Shown: positions 18,799-29,624, numbered from the stretch's first letter. The stretch: 64,000 nt of DNA from a virus (IMGVR_UViG_3300037249_001368:96001-160000), one strand, 5' to 3'. Made by a program: numbers and translations. Notes: generated by a model from the letters alone, not told the origin.

Positions 18799-19857
18799 AT
18801 GATTGGCGATAACACTGAGTTCATGGGCACCGAGTTTTACGGAGGTCCATTGTTCGAGCACCGAGGCAAACCAGACCCCGCGAAAGCCAGAGCAAGAGCA
18901 GAAGCCCACAAGCGCGGCATCTTACGTTCTAAAAACGCCCGTCGTCGTGAAAAGGAGGCCGAGGAGCGCCGCAAGGAGCGTGCCAAGAAACGTGCTCAAC
19001 GCGAAAAAGAGCTGAAAGCCATGGGCTTGTCGGATAACGACATCAAGAAACAACTGGAACGTGATGACAAAGATTTCGAGGCTCAGGAAAAGAAGCATCA
19101 ACAGGAGAACCAGATTCAGGCTGGTCAACAATTTTCTAAGGAGCAAGCAGCTGACATTGACAAGAACCACAAAACGGCTCTGAACGGTGCCACTGCTGCT
19201 CTGAAGAAGGTTGAAGCCAAGACCAAAACCGAGAAGAAACTGGTTTCTGACATCGAAGATTACATCGACGAGGTAAATTCAGCTGTGACTGAATCTGTTG
19301 AAAAGGGTGAGAAGTTTGACATCCAACAAATTTTGGATGACACGGCTGCTGAATACGAAAAACAACTGACCGAAACCGATTACGATGTCAATGATTTCTC
19401 CGATGATTTTGACTATAATCCTAAGACCAAAAAAGTTACCAAGAAAAAGAAACCAAAGATTTCTGATGACAGTAACTACAGGGACTTACAGGATGACGAT
19501 GCCAAAAAGAATAAGAAAATCAATGACATCAATCGCAAGATTCAGGAGTTGAAAGATAAGCATGACGAAGAAATTTCGGCCGCAAAGTCAGATGCAGAAC
19601 GCAAACGCATCTATAACAGAAACCGTCGCGAACTTGACAAATTGAAGGATAACCTGAAAAAGATGGAAATCAAGTCCCGTGACGATTATCAGGAGTTCAA
19701 GCGTGAGAAACGCGAACGCAGAAAAGAGCGTTTCGACAACAACCCAGCGGTTATGTTCTTCAGATATAATTTCTTGAAGTTCACAGAACCTTTCGTCAAA
19801 TTTGCAGGTTACTACAATGACCTGTATGATTATACCACCTCAAATATAGGTGGATAA
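18799..19857 (+). CDS. Highly charged coiled-coil protein
   Basis: 352-aa ORF, K/E/R-rich. Confidence 0.6.
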   Translation: MIGDNTEFMGTEFYGGPLFEHRGKPDPAKARARAEAHKRGILRSKNARRREKEAEERRKERAKKRAQREKELKAMGLSDNDIKKQLERDDKDFEAQEKKHQQENQIQAGQQFSKEQAADIDKNHKTALNGATAALKKVEAKTKTEKKLVSDIEDYIDEVNSAVTESVEKGEKFDIQQILDDTAAEYEKQLTETDYDVNDFSDDFDYNPKTKKVTKKKKPKISDDSNYRDLQDDDAKKNKKINDINRKIQELKDKHDEEISAAKSDAERKRIYNRNRRELDKLKDNLKKMEIKSRDDYQEFKREKRERRKERFDNNPAVMFFRYNFLKFTEPFVKFAGYYNDLYDYTTSNIGG

Positions 19858-19861
19858 ATCA

Positions 19862-19891
19862 GACTAAATGGATATTTTTAGTTAGTTATTT
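19862..19891 (+). promoter_or_regulatory. Phage promoter-like motif GACTAA-N16-AGTTAT
   Basis: Variant of the bipartite motif upstream of the SSB gene. Confidence 0.55.
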
Positions 19892-19960
19892 AGAATGTCC
19901 CAATTAAGTTATCAATAGTTTTTCAAAAAGTTTTAAGTTTAATTTCAAAAAGTTTTCAAA

Positions 19961-21061
19961 ATGAGTAACAATCCGAATTTAAGTAGTCTGTTAGTAAACG
20001 TTTCTAAGACAGAAGTCAACGAAGTTGTTAAAGCCGAAGATTTGCAGGAAGGCGGCATTAACTGGAAAGACAAGTTCTTTGAACCAGAGGTCGGCAACTC
20101 CTACGTCATCAAGTTCCTCCCCAACATCGAGAAGGACGGGGCTTGTGAGAGCAACATCGTTCACCGAGTCTACTACAAGGACCTCCCAGACCCCGAGCGC
20201 AAGGGCAAGAAAATGACTTACATTTCTCCTGGCAAGGGCTGTCCTGTGATGGAATTGTTCTTCGAGATGTCCTCGGCCAAGAAGGCTGGTGACGTCATCG
20301 CCGAGCAAAAAATCAAGAGGTACTTGTCCCGCAAACAGCAGGCTTGCGCGAAGGTGCAAATCATCAAGTCCCCTGACAAGGAGCAAATCGGAAAGATTTA
20401 TCTGTTCCGTTTCAACACCTTTGGACAGAACGCCATCATCGCAAATCTCATCAACCAGAAGTTGAATCCTACCAAGGACCAAATCGAGAACGGCGAAGAC
20501 AAGGAGAATATCTTCAACATCTTCGAGAGTTCCGTGATGAACATCGTTTGCAAGGAAGAAACATTCGATGGTCAGAAAGGTCGCGGTTACGCAAGTTCAA
20601 CTTGGCTGCAGAAGAAGCGCGGCGCTTTCATCCAACTCGAAAACGGTGAGAGCCACGAGTTCACTCCAGCTGACCTTGACGCAGACGGCAATTACAAACC
20701 AGAAGTGATGCCTTTCGTCGAGGAATTTATCAATCAACTGACCCGCGACGACGTGTCCATGAAGAGATGGTTCTCGTATCGCAGACCAGAGGATTGCGAG
20801 ACCGAAGAGGATAAGGCCTACGTGACCAATGTTCTCAAGAAGGTCCAAACTATCATTCCTGTCATTCGCGACAAGAGCATTACCGAAATCGAAAACTTCG
20901 GCAAGGCCGAGCCCGCGGAAAAGAAGGATGCAGGGGGTGACATCTTGAAAGAGTCCATCCCCGATGAACTCAAAGGTGTAATCGGAGAAGAGAACACCCC
21001 CAAAGCTGCAGAAACCAGTTCAGACGATGACCTGATTGAACAAGCTTTACAGAACAGCTAA
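19961..21061 (+). CDS. Single-stranded DNA-binding protein, T4 gp32-like
   Basis: FFEP...YVIKFLPN, CPV, acidic C-tail, codon bias typical of high expression. Confidence 0.75.
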   Translation: MSNNPNLSSLLVNVSKTEVNEVVKAEDLQEGGINWKDKFFEPEVGNSYVIKFLPNIEKDGACESNIVHRVYYKDLPDPERKGKKMTYISPGKGCPVMELFFEMSSAKKAGDVIAEQKIKRYLSRKQQACAKVQIIKSPDKEQIGKIYLFRFNTFGQNAIIANLINQKLNPTKDQIENGEDKENIFNIFESSVMNIVCKEETFDGQKGRGYASSTWLQKKRGAFIQLENGESHEFTPADLDADGNYKPEVMPFVEEFINQLTRDDVSMKRWFSYRRPEDCETEEDKAYVTNVLKKVQTIIPVIRDKSITEIENFGKAEPAEKKDAGGDILKESIPDELKGVIGEENTPKAAETSSDDDLIEQALQNS

Positions 21062-21085
21062 TCCCCCATCAACACCAATCATCAG

Positions 21086-21122
21086 AGAAGCCCTGATGCC
21101 AGTGAGCGTCAGGGCTTTTCTT
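21086..21122 (+). terminator. Intrinsic terminator
   Basis: AAGCCCTGATGC/GCGTCAGGGCTT plus U-rich tail. Confidence 0.8.
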
Positions 21123-21169
21123 ATGCCATTTTTACAAGTTTTTATTAGCCCGTATCTTAATACATACTC

Positions 21170-21952
21170 ATGCGACAAAAGAAAATTTCAACGATTGAGG
21201 AACTTCTGAAAGATGAAGTGGAATTTATGACTGAGCGCGATAAGTATGCTCAGAAATACCAGAAATCGTTGGAAGAGGCGAGAGCCCGTGAAGGAGGTTT
21301 TAAGAAAAACTCCAAGTATTCTTTACGCACGAAAATACTGAAACATGAATGGTTAGGTCACAGACCTGCTTCCAGAGCATTGAATTGGTTGTATAAAACC
21401 GTATTCAAAAACCCTGACAAATATCGTTATACGAAACGGTTAATGTATCAGGGTGGTCTGTTCATTTTTGAATACAAGAACCCTAAATATAAAGATACAT
21501 CTGTTCTGCCGTGGTTTGACCAATACCCGTTAGTTTTAAGTTTAGGACCCATAACCACGAATTTAGGTAACAGAAACATGGGATTTAATCTGCATTTGTT
21601 ACCTCCGAGAATCCGTATCATAGTTTTATGCTACATTTTCGAGATTTACAAAAACGCATATCGCTATGGTGTGTTTTTGAAGAGAGACATATACCCTGTT
21701 CCTGTCAGTTATCACAGCATTGTAGACCAGTTACGGATTTATGGTGTTGAGTTTTGTATCAGGATGTATATCCCAGCCAGACAAAAACAGATAGTTCACT
21801 TCCCATTAAAAGAATGGCAAAACGCAATTTTCATTCCTTCTCGGGGTTATTACGATATCAGAGCCAAGAAACTCATAAAAGAGTGGAAGGAATTTTGCCG
21901 CAGCCGTCACATCTATGTGTCTGAAAAAGTCAACTGGAAAAATATCATTTAA
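21170..21952 (+). CDS. DNA end protector protein, T4 gp2-like
   Basis: YxNPKYK..LPWFDQYPLV...GFNLHLLPPRIR...EWQNAIFIP. Confidence 0.8.
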   Translation: MRQKKISTIEELLKDEVEFMTERDKYAQKYQKSLEEARAREGGFKKNSKYSLRTKILKHEWLGHRPASRALNWLYKTVFKNPDKYRYTKRLMYQGGLFIFEYKNPKYKDTSVLPWFDQYPLVLSLGPITTNLGNRNMGFNLHLLPPRIRIIVLCYIFEIYKNAYRYGVFLKRDIYPVPVSYHSIVDQLRIYGVEFCIRMYIPARQKQIVHFPLKEWQNAIFIPSRGYYDIRAKKLIKEWKEFCRSRHIYVSEKVNWKNII

Positions 21953-22000
21953 CAGCAGAATATTTTTCTTCAGACAAAAATCCATATTTATAAGTTTTCA

Positions 22001-22030
22001 GCCTAATCAAGCCAAAAAGCTTGGTTTATA
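22001..22030 (+). promoter_or_regulatory. Phage promoter-like motif GCCTAA-N16-GGTTTATA
   Basis: Bipartite motif upstream of uvsW. Confidence 0.7.
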
Positions 22031-22035
22031 TCACT

Positions 22036-23688
22036 ATGAAATTTAGATTTATAGCAGGTAAAAATTGTAGGGATTTTGTTGTAATGGAATCCATTGAGAC
22101 AGAAAAGGATTTTCAGATGTATGCTATCGTCGAAAAAGTTCTGTCGAGAGAAGAGTACAAACCTTTTATGAAGGGGGATTTCGACAAACACATCCGTTAC
22201 AGTTACCTATTCAATAAGTCAATCTTCCCATATCAGTTTTGGTCTGATGTAAGAAATGCTCTGAGTCAAACCACTGGTTATCTGTGTGAGGAAAAGGATT
22301 TAGAACTGCTTGATGACCCATACAAAACAGGTCATTACAGGTCTCCGATAACCTACGAAGAGTTTTATGACTGGGTTTATTCTCTGAAATTACCTGATGA
22401 TATTTCAGTCGATGACGAAAAATATAGTTATCAGCCAGAGTCAGCAATTAGAGCGATAAACGCTCATGTTGCACGAATCGAGGTAGCAACCGCCGGTGGT
22501 AAAACTTTCCTCACATACCTTTATTGTAAGTGCCTGATGCAAGTCATCGGAATCAAGGGAAAGATTCTGATTATTGTTCCATCACAAACATTGTGCAAAC
22601 AGCTGAAAGATGATTTTTATCATTACGACAGTATGAATGATTTTGACCAACAGATTGTAGTTGAAACCATTTACGCTAATTCAAAGCGTCTCGTTGATGC
22701 AGAAATTGTTTGTGGAACTTATCAGTCTTTGTCGAACTACGAGGAAGATTATTTTGAGGATTTCACTGTTTGCATTTGCGACGAATTACACAGAGCAAAA
22801 GCTTACAGTATCAGAAATGCTATTTACGCTAAATTAAGAAATGTTCAGTACTTCTTCGGAATGACTGGTACATTCCCCGAATACAAAACTCTAGACTACA
22901 TACACATAGTTTCTATGTTTGGGCCTGAGGTAATGAATGTTTCAGCTAAGCAGTTGATGGACACGGGTGTTGCTAATTACACCGCTATTAAAATGATTCA
23001 GCTGGAATATTACAACACCAACACAAATGACCCGAATGATAGAATCAAGAACTTCTCGGAAATTGTCAAAGAATTTCCTGAGATGCACCCAGAGTATTTT
23101 GAGACACACCCAGACCTCGTGATACCAAACGAAGATGAAGGCGGTAAGTGGGAGAACCCATCGCAACGCTACTATTTGGAGAAGTATTATTATCAGCACA
23201 ATACTGCTCGCTTAAAGGTATTGTCTAATCTTGTCAACAAATTTGAGGAAAACTCGATTGTGTTTGTTGATACAGTTCAGTATTGTGAAGAGATTTATGA
23301 TTTCCTTACAGCAAATTGCCCAGACCCTGAAAGAAAGTTTTTCATCATCCACGGCTCAGTGAAACACAGAGATGATATTCTTGATGAGGTCAAATCAACA
23401 AACGGAAAATGTGTGATAATTGCTACATACGGAACTATGTCCACCGGCGTATCAATTAAAAATTTAACAAACGCATATATAGTGGACGGAGGTAAATCTT
23501 CAAATAGAATCCGTCAGTCGATAGGTCGTTTGATGCGTATCATCGAGAACAAAAAGACTTCCAAGGTTTTTGACTTTTGTGATGACATGAATGGTTCAAG
23601 CTTTAAGAAACAGGCTAAAATCAGAAAGTCGACATACGAGTTCAATAACTTTGATGTATCATCCTTTAGAATCAAAATTCTGAAATGA
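22036..23688 (+). CDS. uvsW: SF2 DNA helicase, UvsW-like
   Basis: YQ, ATAGGKT, DELH, GMTGT, STGVSIK, QSIGRLMR; likely ATG at 22036. Confidence 0.85.
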   Translation: MKFRFIAGKNCRDFVVMESIETEKDFQMYAIVEKVLSREEYKPFMKGDFDKHIRYSYLFNKSIFPYQFWSDVRNALSQTTGYLCEEKDLELLDDPYKTGHYRSPITYEEFYDWVYSLKLPDDISVDDEKYSYQPESAIRAINAHVARIEVATAGGKTFLTYLYCKCLMQVIGIKGKILIIVPSQTLCKQLKDDFYHYDSMNDFDQQIVVETIYANSKRLVDAEIVCGTYQSLSNYEEDYFEDFTVCICDELHRAKAYSIRNAIYAKLRNVQYFFGMTGTFPEYKTLDYIHIVSMFGPEVMNVSAKQLMDTGVANYTAIKMIQLEYYNTNTNDPNDRIKNFSEIVKEFPEMHPEYFETHPDLVIPNEDEGGKWENPSQRYYLEKYYYQHNTARLKVLSNLVNKFEENSIVFVDTVQYCEEIYDFLTANCPDPERKFFIIHGSVKHRDDILDEVKSTNGKCVIIATYGTMSTGVSIKNLTNAYIVDGGKSSNRIRQSIGRLMRIIENKKTSKVFDFCDDMNGSSFKKQAKIRKSTYEFNNFDVSSFRIKILK

Positions 23689-24311
23689 AAATTGGTAGCG
23701 ATGTCAATGTCAGTAAATTGGATTCCTTGATTGAAACAGAATCAGAGGAAGAATATGCTATTGGCTTGGGAACAGAATTTGAGAGTGATGATTCTGATGA
23801 TTTCTTTGAATATGACCCGTCATTCCAAAAACGGTTCATAAACAGTACCTCAAACGACGAGAGTCAGAACAAAGCAGTTTCCTTTGACTACATAAACATA
23901 TCAGAGGAGGTTTATGGCATAGTAGTAAATGTCGTGGGCACCACTGAATTTTCTAAAGACAAATCGAGAAACAATTCAGTTCTTTACGAACAGGTCAATA
24001 AGAATTTTTCAAAGATTGTCAAGGAAATTTTACAAGACCAGAAAAAGAAGAAATTCCCAGGAATCATATCAATAGCATTTATACAGTTCTCCGAATATAT
24101 AAGTTCAATGACTGCTGAGGGGAAACCTGATTTAAGTTATTATGATGTATTCCACGCCATGAACGAAAAGTTCCAAAACTTTATTAAAAAGGAACTGATA
24201 CAAATGATTGGTGCTGATAGTTACAGGAGAGCAGAGAAGAGAGCCCAAGCAGATTTGAAACCAAGTATTGACAATCACTTTGATGCCATAATCAAGAAAA
24301 TAAGTTTCTGA
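23685..24311 (+). CDS. Hypothetical protein
   Basis: 208-aa ORF with an acidic N-terminus. Confidence 0.55.
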   Translation: MKIGSDVNVSKLDSLIETESEEEYAIGLGTEFESDDSDDFFEYDPSFQKRFINSTSNDESQNKAVSFDYINISEEVYGIVVNVVGTTEFSKDKSRNNSVLYEQVNKNFSKIVKEILQDQKKKKFPGIISIAFIQFSEYISSMTAEGKPDLSYYDVFHAMNEKFQNFIKKELIQMIGADSYRRAEKRAQADLKPSIDNHFDAIIKKISF

Positions 24312-24312
24312 G

Positions 24313-25152
24313 ATGTATTCCCAAAAAGCAAAGATTTACGGTTTTAAGCAAATGCTCAGTGCAGCCATTGCTTTCGTCACAAGTATCTCGAAAACACTTC
24401 ACGAACTGATGCCTGACTTGCCGGTGTTTGTCCTCGTTTCAGGTGACAATAATTATATCATGGACGAGAAGTTCAAAACCGTTGCCAAGGAATTATATGA
24501 AAAGACTCCTCGCTTTGTGATACGATTTAATTCCTTTGAAAGAGACCAAGCACAGGACACAGCAGTTTACAACCGTTACGAATTTATATCTCAGGACGAA
24601 GACGCAGAAGAACAGGGTGAGTTGGCAAGAGCCTCAATCAGGAGGTTATGTACTTACCTGAATTGTAATTGCACGATGGTTTCATCGAATTTCATCAGTG
24701 CAATGATGCACCTTGAAATGCTTTATGCTATATTTTCAAGAGAGAATCCATTCAGTTATGAGTATCAGGGTTCGGCATTTAATGGGGCTTTCACGACAGA
24801 TTCTCAAGATTTTAACTTTCCTGAGCAAGATTCAGGCACGAGAAATTTTAATCAAAACATAGACGTCAAAGTTCAAGTACATTTATACACACCAAAAATC
24901 AACACTATCGTTCTCGGCAAAGATTATGATTATGATGGTGTTGCGGTGACAATTCAGGAAAAAGATGTCATAAACCGTGTTGAAGTTTCTGAAGAGGAAA
25001 CCGACTATGTGGAGAAAGACATGATTCCTGAAGAAATTGACGTCGAGGGTGAGATACCGCAGGATGGTGGTGAAGGCAAGGTCAAAGTCGTGGAACCACG
25101 TCAGGATGATGACATTCCTTATACCAGCACAAATCGTGAAACAAATGTCTAA
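24313..25152 (+). CDS. Putative tail terminator/sheath stabiliser (gp15-like)
   Basis: TPRFVI motif and fold pattern; weak. Confidence 0.4.
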   Translation: MYSQKAKIYGFKQMLSAAIAFVTSISKTLHELMPDLPVFVLVSGDNNYIMDEKFKTVAKELYEKTPRFVIRFNSFERDQAQDTAVYNRYEFISQDEDAEEQGELARASIRRLCTYLNCNCTMVSSNFISAMMHLEMLYAIFSRENPFSYEYQGSAFNGAFTTDSQDFNFPEQDSGTRNFNQNIDVKVQVHLYTPKINTIVLGKDYDYDGVAVTIQEKDVINRVEVSEEETDYVEKDMIPEEIDVEGEIPQDGGEGKVKVVEPRQDDDIPYTSTNRETNV

Positions 25153-25164
25153 AACTAAAATATC

Positions 25165-25350
25165 ATGTGTCAGTATTGCGAAAACCATGTCCCACTTAAC
25201 AAAACCAAGGTAAAAACAGGGACTTACATCAGCGAAGGTGGAGACGGATTCTTCTACCTAAATAACCCTAACGGAGTGGTTAGAAGAATTAACTTTTGTC
25301 CCGTGTGCGGTGCTAAGTTGACTCCGTTTGATAATCTTGATGTTGACTAA
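25165..25350 (+). CDS. Small zinc-finger protein
   Basis: CQYC...INFCPVCG. Confidence 0.7.
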   Translation: MCQYCENHVPLNKTKVKTGTYISEGGDGFFYLNNPNGVVRRINFCPVCGAKLTPFDNLDVD

Positions 25351-25362
25351 AATGTACCGCCT

Positions 25363-25587
25363 ATGTTCAAATTTATACCCAAAGACGAATTTTACTTAAT
25401 GATAATTTCCTCAGTTCTGTGTTTCATCATAGAATACATTTTGGAAGTTATCATCGACAGAAGCTACTTTAATATGAAAAGAATACAAAACCTATCAATG
25501 ATTCAGTTCATAGTTTTGGTTGCTTATGTAGGTGTTCTTTTCTATCTGATTTTCAAAGACTGGAAAATCAACTGGAATTGGTTATGA
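25363..25587 (+). CDS. Small two-helix membrane protein
   Basis: Two hydrophobic segments. Confidence 0.55.
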   Translation: MFKFIPKDEFYLMIISSVLCFIIEYILEVIIDRSYFNMKRIQNLSMIQFIVLVAYVGVLFYLIFKDWKINWNWL

Positions 25588-26159
25588 AAGAAAATTACGA
25601 ATATACCCTAATCAAAAAACTTGAGAAAAGGGATAAGAAAGGAAAAGGCAACAATTTTCTGAAAGCAGTCTTTGCTCCTTACTATTTCCTTGCTGAGTGC
25701 TATTGCAGGAATAAGATTTGGAGTAACTTCATTTTCAAAAAAATGATTACCACTGACGACGTATTCAAATTCCTCGACGAGCAGGATTTTGAAGTAAGGA
25801 AGGGGAAGCGTTTCGTGAAAATGGATTTGTTGCAAGATTCGAGATATGATTTTAATGACTTGAATCAGTCTAAAAAACTCATTTTTCAAGATTATTCAGA
25901 CGCGACGCTTGCTGTATTAAGAAAGAACATTCCTTTCGACGTGGAGAATTTCATGAATCTTCATGTAGAAATCGACGATAAAATCGTGACATCCGAAGAC
26001 GGAGAAATATACCACTCCTTGGTTTATTACGTATGGATTCAGTACTGGCGCGAAACACGCTACAGAGACTCCTTGAATCGTTTAATTAAGTGGGTAGTTG
26101 CTTTCATTTGTTTAGTTTTATGTGTATTGTTATTGATACGTATTTTCTCCGTTATTTGA
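25584..26159 (+). CDS. Membrane-anchored hypothetical protein
   Basis: C-terminal TM helix; likely ATG at 25584. Confidence 0.55.
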   Translation: MKENYEYTLIKKLEKRDKKGKGNNFLKAVFAPYYFLAECYCRNKIWSNFIFKKMITTDDVFKFLDEQDFEVRKGKRFVKMDLLQDSRYDFNDLNQSKKLIFQDYSDATLAVLRKNIPFDVENFMNLHVEIDDKIVTSEDGEIYHSLVYYVWIQYWRETRYRDSLNRLIKWVVAFICLVLCVLLLIRIFSVI

Positions 26160-26188
26160 AAATCATTACTCCTAAATAATATTCAATA

Positions 26189-27730
26189 ATGAACAATTTA
26201 GACAAACAGAAAACCCTTGAAAAGGGTTACGAAAATGCTCAAATGCACTTTTTCAAGACTGTGACTGAGTATCTTGGTGAAATCAAAGATAAGCACGTCC
26301 GTCTTGAGATGGCAGAGAGCCTGCATGATGACATTGAGCAGAATTGGGAAACCGCCAAAGGTACATTCCAATTCCTTGGCTGTATGGCTTACCTCGTTGG
26401 TTTGGACTTCTGCTCACAAACTTACCCCAACAGAAACGTCATCGGAAATGCTCGTAAGCGTATCGAGACATTTGTGCTTCCTGCAGACTTCCAAAAGGAG
26501 TTTCTTGAGAAATTCGTGGCAGTCATTGAAAAGACTGACATGAAGGACTTTGAAGCCATCTACGACCGTTACTCAAAGGAAGCAGAAGAAGAAATTCCTC
26601 AGAAGTATGTGGGGACGCTGAGCGGCATCGCTTACAAGACCAAACTCATCCTTGCCAATTCATCAATCGCCGTAAAATATGCGGTTGACGTGAAGAACAT
26701 CATGGACAAGAACGCATGGACCTATCAGGACATCATCAAGATGAATACCACGGTCTCACAGTACTGTAAGTTCATGGGCAAGCCCGCTATCAACAAGTTC
26801 AATGCTCTGTTCATGGACAAGAACTACCAAGACTTGTTGAAGACTGCTGCCGACAAGTTTGAGCAGTACAAGTTTGGTACTCTGTTCATGGAGTCTATCC
26901 AGACCATGAAAGACTTCTTGATTTCGGGAAGATTCAGCAAGGAAGACATCTTACGTATGCTCAACAACGAGATTACCGAGGAAGAGTTTACCAAGGCAGA
27001 AGCAGAGTTCCAAGAGAAACTGAAAGCCGATGAACTGAAGAAGGAAGACAAGGCCCCAGTCTACGAACAGACCGTCGAAGACATGATGCACAAAGACCCC
27101 GTCAACGCGGTTTTGGTCATTGCTGACGAAGCCATTGATTTCGGCCTCAAAACCGAGGAAGATTTCATCAAAGGTATCGAGGCAGTGTGCAACGCCCCCG
27201 AATACATGGGCAGCATTTATCACTACATCAAGGCCAAGATTTCCGCAGTGGACAATACCTGCACTTTGGGTAAATACAACTTCACCATCGAGAAACTCAT
27301 AGAGACCGTCGATAAGAAGGTTGTGGAACTCAGAGCAGATTACAAGGCCGTTGCTGAAGAGATTTGCGAGGACCTCGGTGATAACAAGAAGGAAGTCAAT
27401 CAACTGGTCAACGCCATGATTGGTTGCTTGATTCTTGAATCAAACGACCAGAAGAGTTACCTCATTTCTCAATACATGCAACCTTCGATTGAAACATATC
27501 AACACCTCACTCAAATCATGAACCTGATTGAGGAGTCTGACATGATTGCCAACGATGAAGGACTGAAGACCTACGGCAAACTTTACAAGTTCGTCAAGGA
27601 AACTCCCGCAATCGCTGACAAACTCGTTTCAATCAACAGAGCAGAGCCTCTCTTCAATAAACTGTCTATGTTTATTGCGGTGAAAGACCTGTTTAATAAA
27701 TATAAGGAATCCTGTAATACACCTGAATAA
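26189..27730 (+). CDS. Large helical hypothetical protein
   Basis: 513 aa, C-ending codon bias like the SSB gene, own terminator. Confidence 0.7.
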   Translation: MNNLDKQKTLEKGYENAQMHFFKTVTEYLGEIKDKHVRLEMAESLHDDIEQNWETAKGTFQFLGCMAYLVGLDFCSQTYPNRNVIGNARKRIETFVLPADFQKEFLEKFVAVIEKTDMKDFEAIYDRYSKEAEEEIPQKYVGTLSGIAYKTKLILANSSIAVKYAVDVKNIMDKNAWTYQDIIKMNTTVSQYCKFMGKPAINKFNALFMDKNYQDLLKTAADKFEQYKFGTLFMESIQTMKDFLISGRFSKEDILRMLNNEITEEEFTKAEAEFQEKLKADELKKEDKAPVYEQTVEDMMHKDPVNAVLVIADEAIDFGLKTEEDFIKGIEAVCNAPEYMGSIYHYIKAKISAVDNTCTLGKYNFTIEKLIETVDKKVVELRADYKAVAEEICEDLGDNKKEVNQLVNAMIGCLILESNDQKSYLISQYMQPSIETYQHLTQIMNLIEESDMIANDEGLKTYGKLYKFVKETPAIADKLVSINRAEPLFNKLSMFIAVKDLFNKYKESCNTPE

Positions 27731-27747
27731 GGTGTCGGTCATGTTGG

Positions 27748-27783
27748 TCCCTCCGATGGCGCAAAACGTCGGAGGGATTTTTT
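27748..27783 (+). terminator. Intrinsic terminator
   Basis: TCCCTCCGATG/CGTCGGAGGGA followed by T6. Confidence 0.85.
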
Positions 27784-27819
27784 ATACATAGATACTTTGC
27801 AACAAAAAATTTCTAGGTT

Positions 27820-28677
27820 ATGTCAATATCGAAGTTCAAGGATTTTATCAAGAGATGTGTAACAGTTGTTGCGTCAAGAGAGTTTGCATTTATTTACTGC
27901 CTTTTAGGAACCTTTGGTGAAGTAGCGCATTGTTATTTTCTATTAGATTCAGTATCATCATTTAATGGTTTCTTCAAACATTTCCAAGCAGGGGTATTAT
28001 CATTATTCATATCTTCGTCACTGATGTATTTCGTTTCCATCTCGGATTCAAGTGATGAAGAAACAGAACAGAAGCGTATCAGAAGAGCAGTAAACCTGTT
28101 CATGGTTATGGAAATACTCATGAACATGTATTACTATTGTCAGCACCTTATCATAAAAGCAGAAACCATGAGGTTGTTTGATTTCATCTTCGGTACCGTA
28201 ATTTCATGTCTGATTCCTGTAACTATTAAATTGTACTCGAACTCCATTAAAGCCAAACAATGGATTAATGAAATCGAAAGTCAGCAATCGAATGACACTG
28301 AAAATGTAAATCAGCCTAATTCATCCCAAGAACCTGGTTTATCAAAAAGTGATGTCCAAGAAATTGTAAATGTCACAGTCCAAGAAAAAATCAAAGAAGT
28401 TGAGATACCAATTAACAAAGAACAAGTCCAAAAAACAATAGATGAGGTTTTAGATGAAAGATTAAAAGAAAAGACCGCTGAAGATGGGTATTCTGTTGAT
28501 GACTTATTGTTTGAAAGCAAGTTGAAAGCCATTGTCGAGGAGAAAGTCAATGAAGCATTGAGACAGAACCCAGACGTAAAAACAAAGGAACTTCTTAAGA
28601 GTCTCGTAATCGAACAGTTTGAGAAAATACAAAAATCCAACGAAGAATATATCGACAAAAAACTTGAAGAAAAATGA
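27820..28677 (+). CDS. Multi-pass membrane protein with C-terminal coiled coil
   Basis: About four hydrophobic helices, then a charged helical tail. Confidence 0.6.
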   Translation: MSISKFKDFIKRCVTVVASREFAFIYCLLGTFGEVAHCYFLLDSVSSFNGFFKHFQAGVLSLFISSSLMYFVSISDSSDEETEQKRIRRAVNLFMVMEILMNMYYYCQHLIIKAETMRLFDFIFGTVISCLIPVTIKLYSNSIKAKQWINEIESQQSNDTENVNQPNSSQEPGLSKSDVQEIVNVTVQEKIKEVEIPINKEQVQKTIDEVLDERLKEKTAEDGYSVDDLLFESKLKAIVEEKVNEALRQNPDVKTKELLKSLVIEQFEKIQKSNEEYIDKKLEEK

Positions 28678-29624
28678 GCAACACCACACTTCTTGAAAAA
28701 TATGCTCCACGTGATTGGGATACTATAATCATTCCAGAGAAAGTTAAAAGTTCTTTGATGAACATAATTCAACAGAAAGGTTATCGTGTCCTGTTCTACG
28801 GTTCTCCCGGGAATGGGAAGACCAGTAGTTCTAAGATAATGTCAATGGGCGACAACGTCCTTTATTTATCAGGTTCCAACGATTTCAATGTCGAAACCTT
28901 GAGAAGTAAAGTAACTCCGTTTGCATCAGGCATGGCAGTTAAGGGTGTTACCAAAACCGTAATCATCGACGAGTTTGAAAACATCAGGGATAACGTCCAA
29001 GATGCTTTCAAAATTATCCTTGACAAGTGCAAAAACACCAACTTCATATTTTGCACCAATGAAGTTGAGAAAGTAAATTCTGCATTAAGAAGCCGTTGCA
29101 CCCAATTTGATTACGATTTTGTGTCATCAAATCTTGAGGAGCACAAGCGTAATTACATCAAATGGTTGGTCAACATCGTTAAAGACATAGCCGCTGAGTA
29201 TAAAATCAAAGCCACGAAAGAGGGCATCAATCTGCTTGTCAAGAACAATTTCCCCGACTTCAGACATACGCTCGTAACATTACAACAGGTCATTGATTCG
29301 GGGTCAGATATCACGGAAGAAGCCATTGCTTCCTGCTCAGATAACACCAAACAAATCGTGGAGTTATATGAGTTAGTCATGAACAATGCAGCATCAGGCG
29401 AAAAATTCTATCAAGAAGCCTGTGCATACAAATCACGTGAAAGGGAATGTTTGATGGCTTTGGGTGAGCCATTCTTCAAGTACTTAAATGACAACGGTCG
29501 TTGGGAGCAAGTCATTCCCGCAGCAGTGATTGTTGCCAAGTATTGCGACAACTACAACATGTCAATAAACAAGTTCGTGAGTTTTGTTTCTTGCATCAGC
29601 GAGTTAAAGACATTATTCAGATGA
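28674..29624 (+). CDS. Clamp loader AAA+ subunit (gp44/RFC-like)
   Basis: EKYAP, GSPGNGKT, IIDEFE, SRC, FPDFR. Confidence 0.9.
   Translation: MSNTTLLEKYAPRDWDTIIIPEKVKSSLMNIIQQKGYRVLFYGSPGNGKTSSSKIMSMGDNVLYLSGSNDFNVETLRSKVTPFASGMAVKGVTKTVIIDEFENIRDNVQDAFKIILDKCKNTNFIFCTNEVEKVNSALRSRCTQFDYDFVSSNLEEHKRNYIKWLVNIVKDIAAEYKIKATKEGINLLVKNNFPDFRHTLVTLQQVIDSGSDITEEAIASCSDNTKQIVELYELVMNNAASGEKFYQEACAYKSRERECLMALGEPFFKYLNDNGRWEQVIPAAVIVAKYCDNYNMSINKFVSFVSCISELKTLFR

Noticed and set aside
21062-21122. Anti-start module before the SSB terminator
   Set aside because: CAT is present but the context is C/A-rich, and the reverse complement does not resemble a start region.
23685-24311. gp33-like late coactivator
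   Set aside because: Only a vague helical pattern; not supportable by eye.
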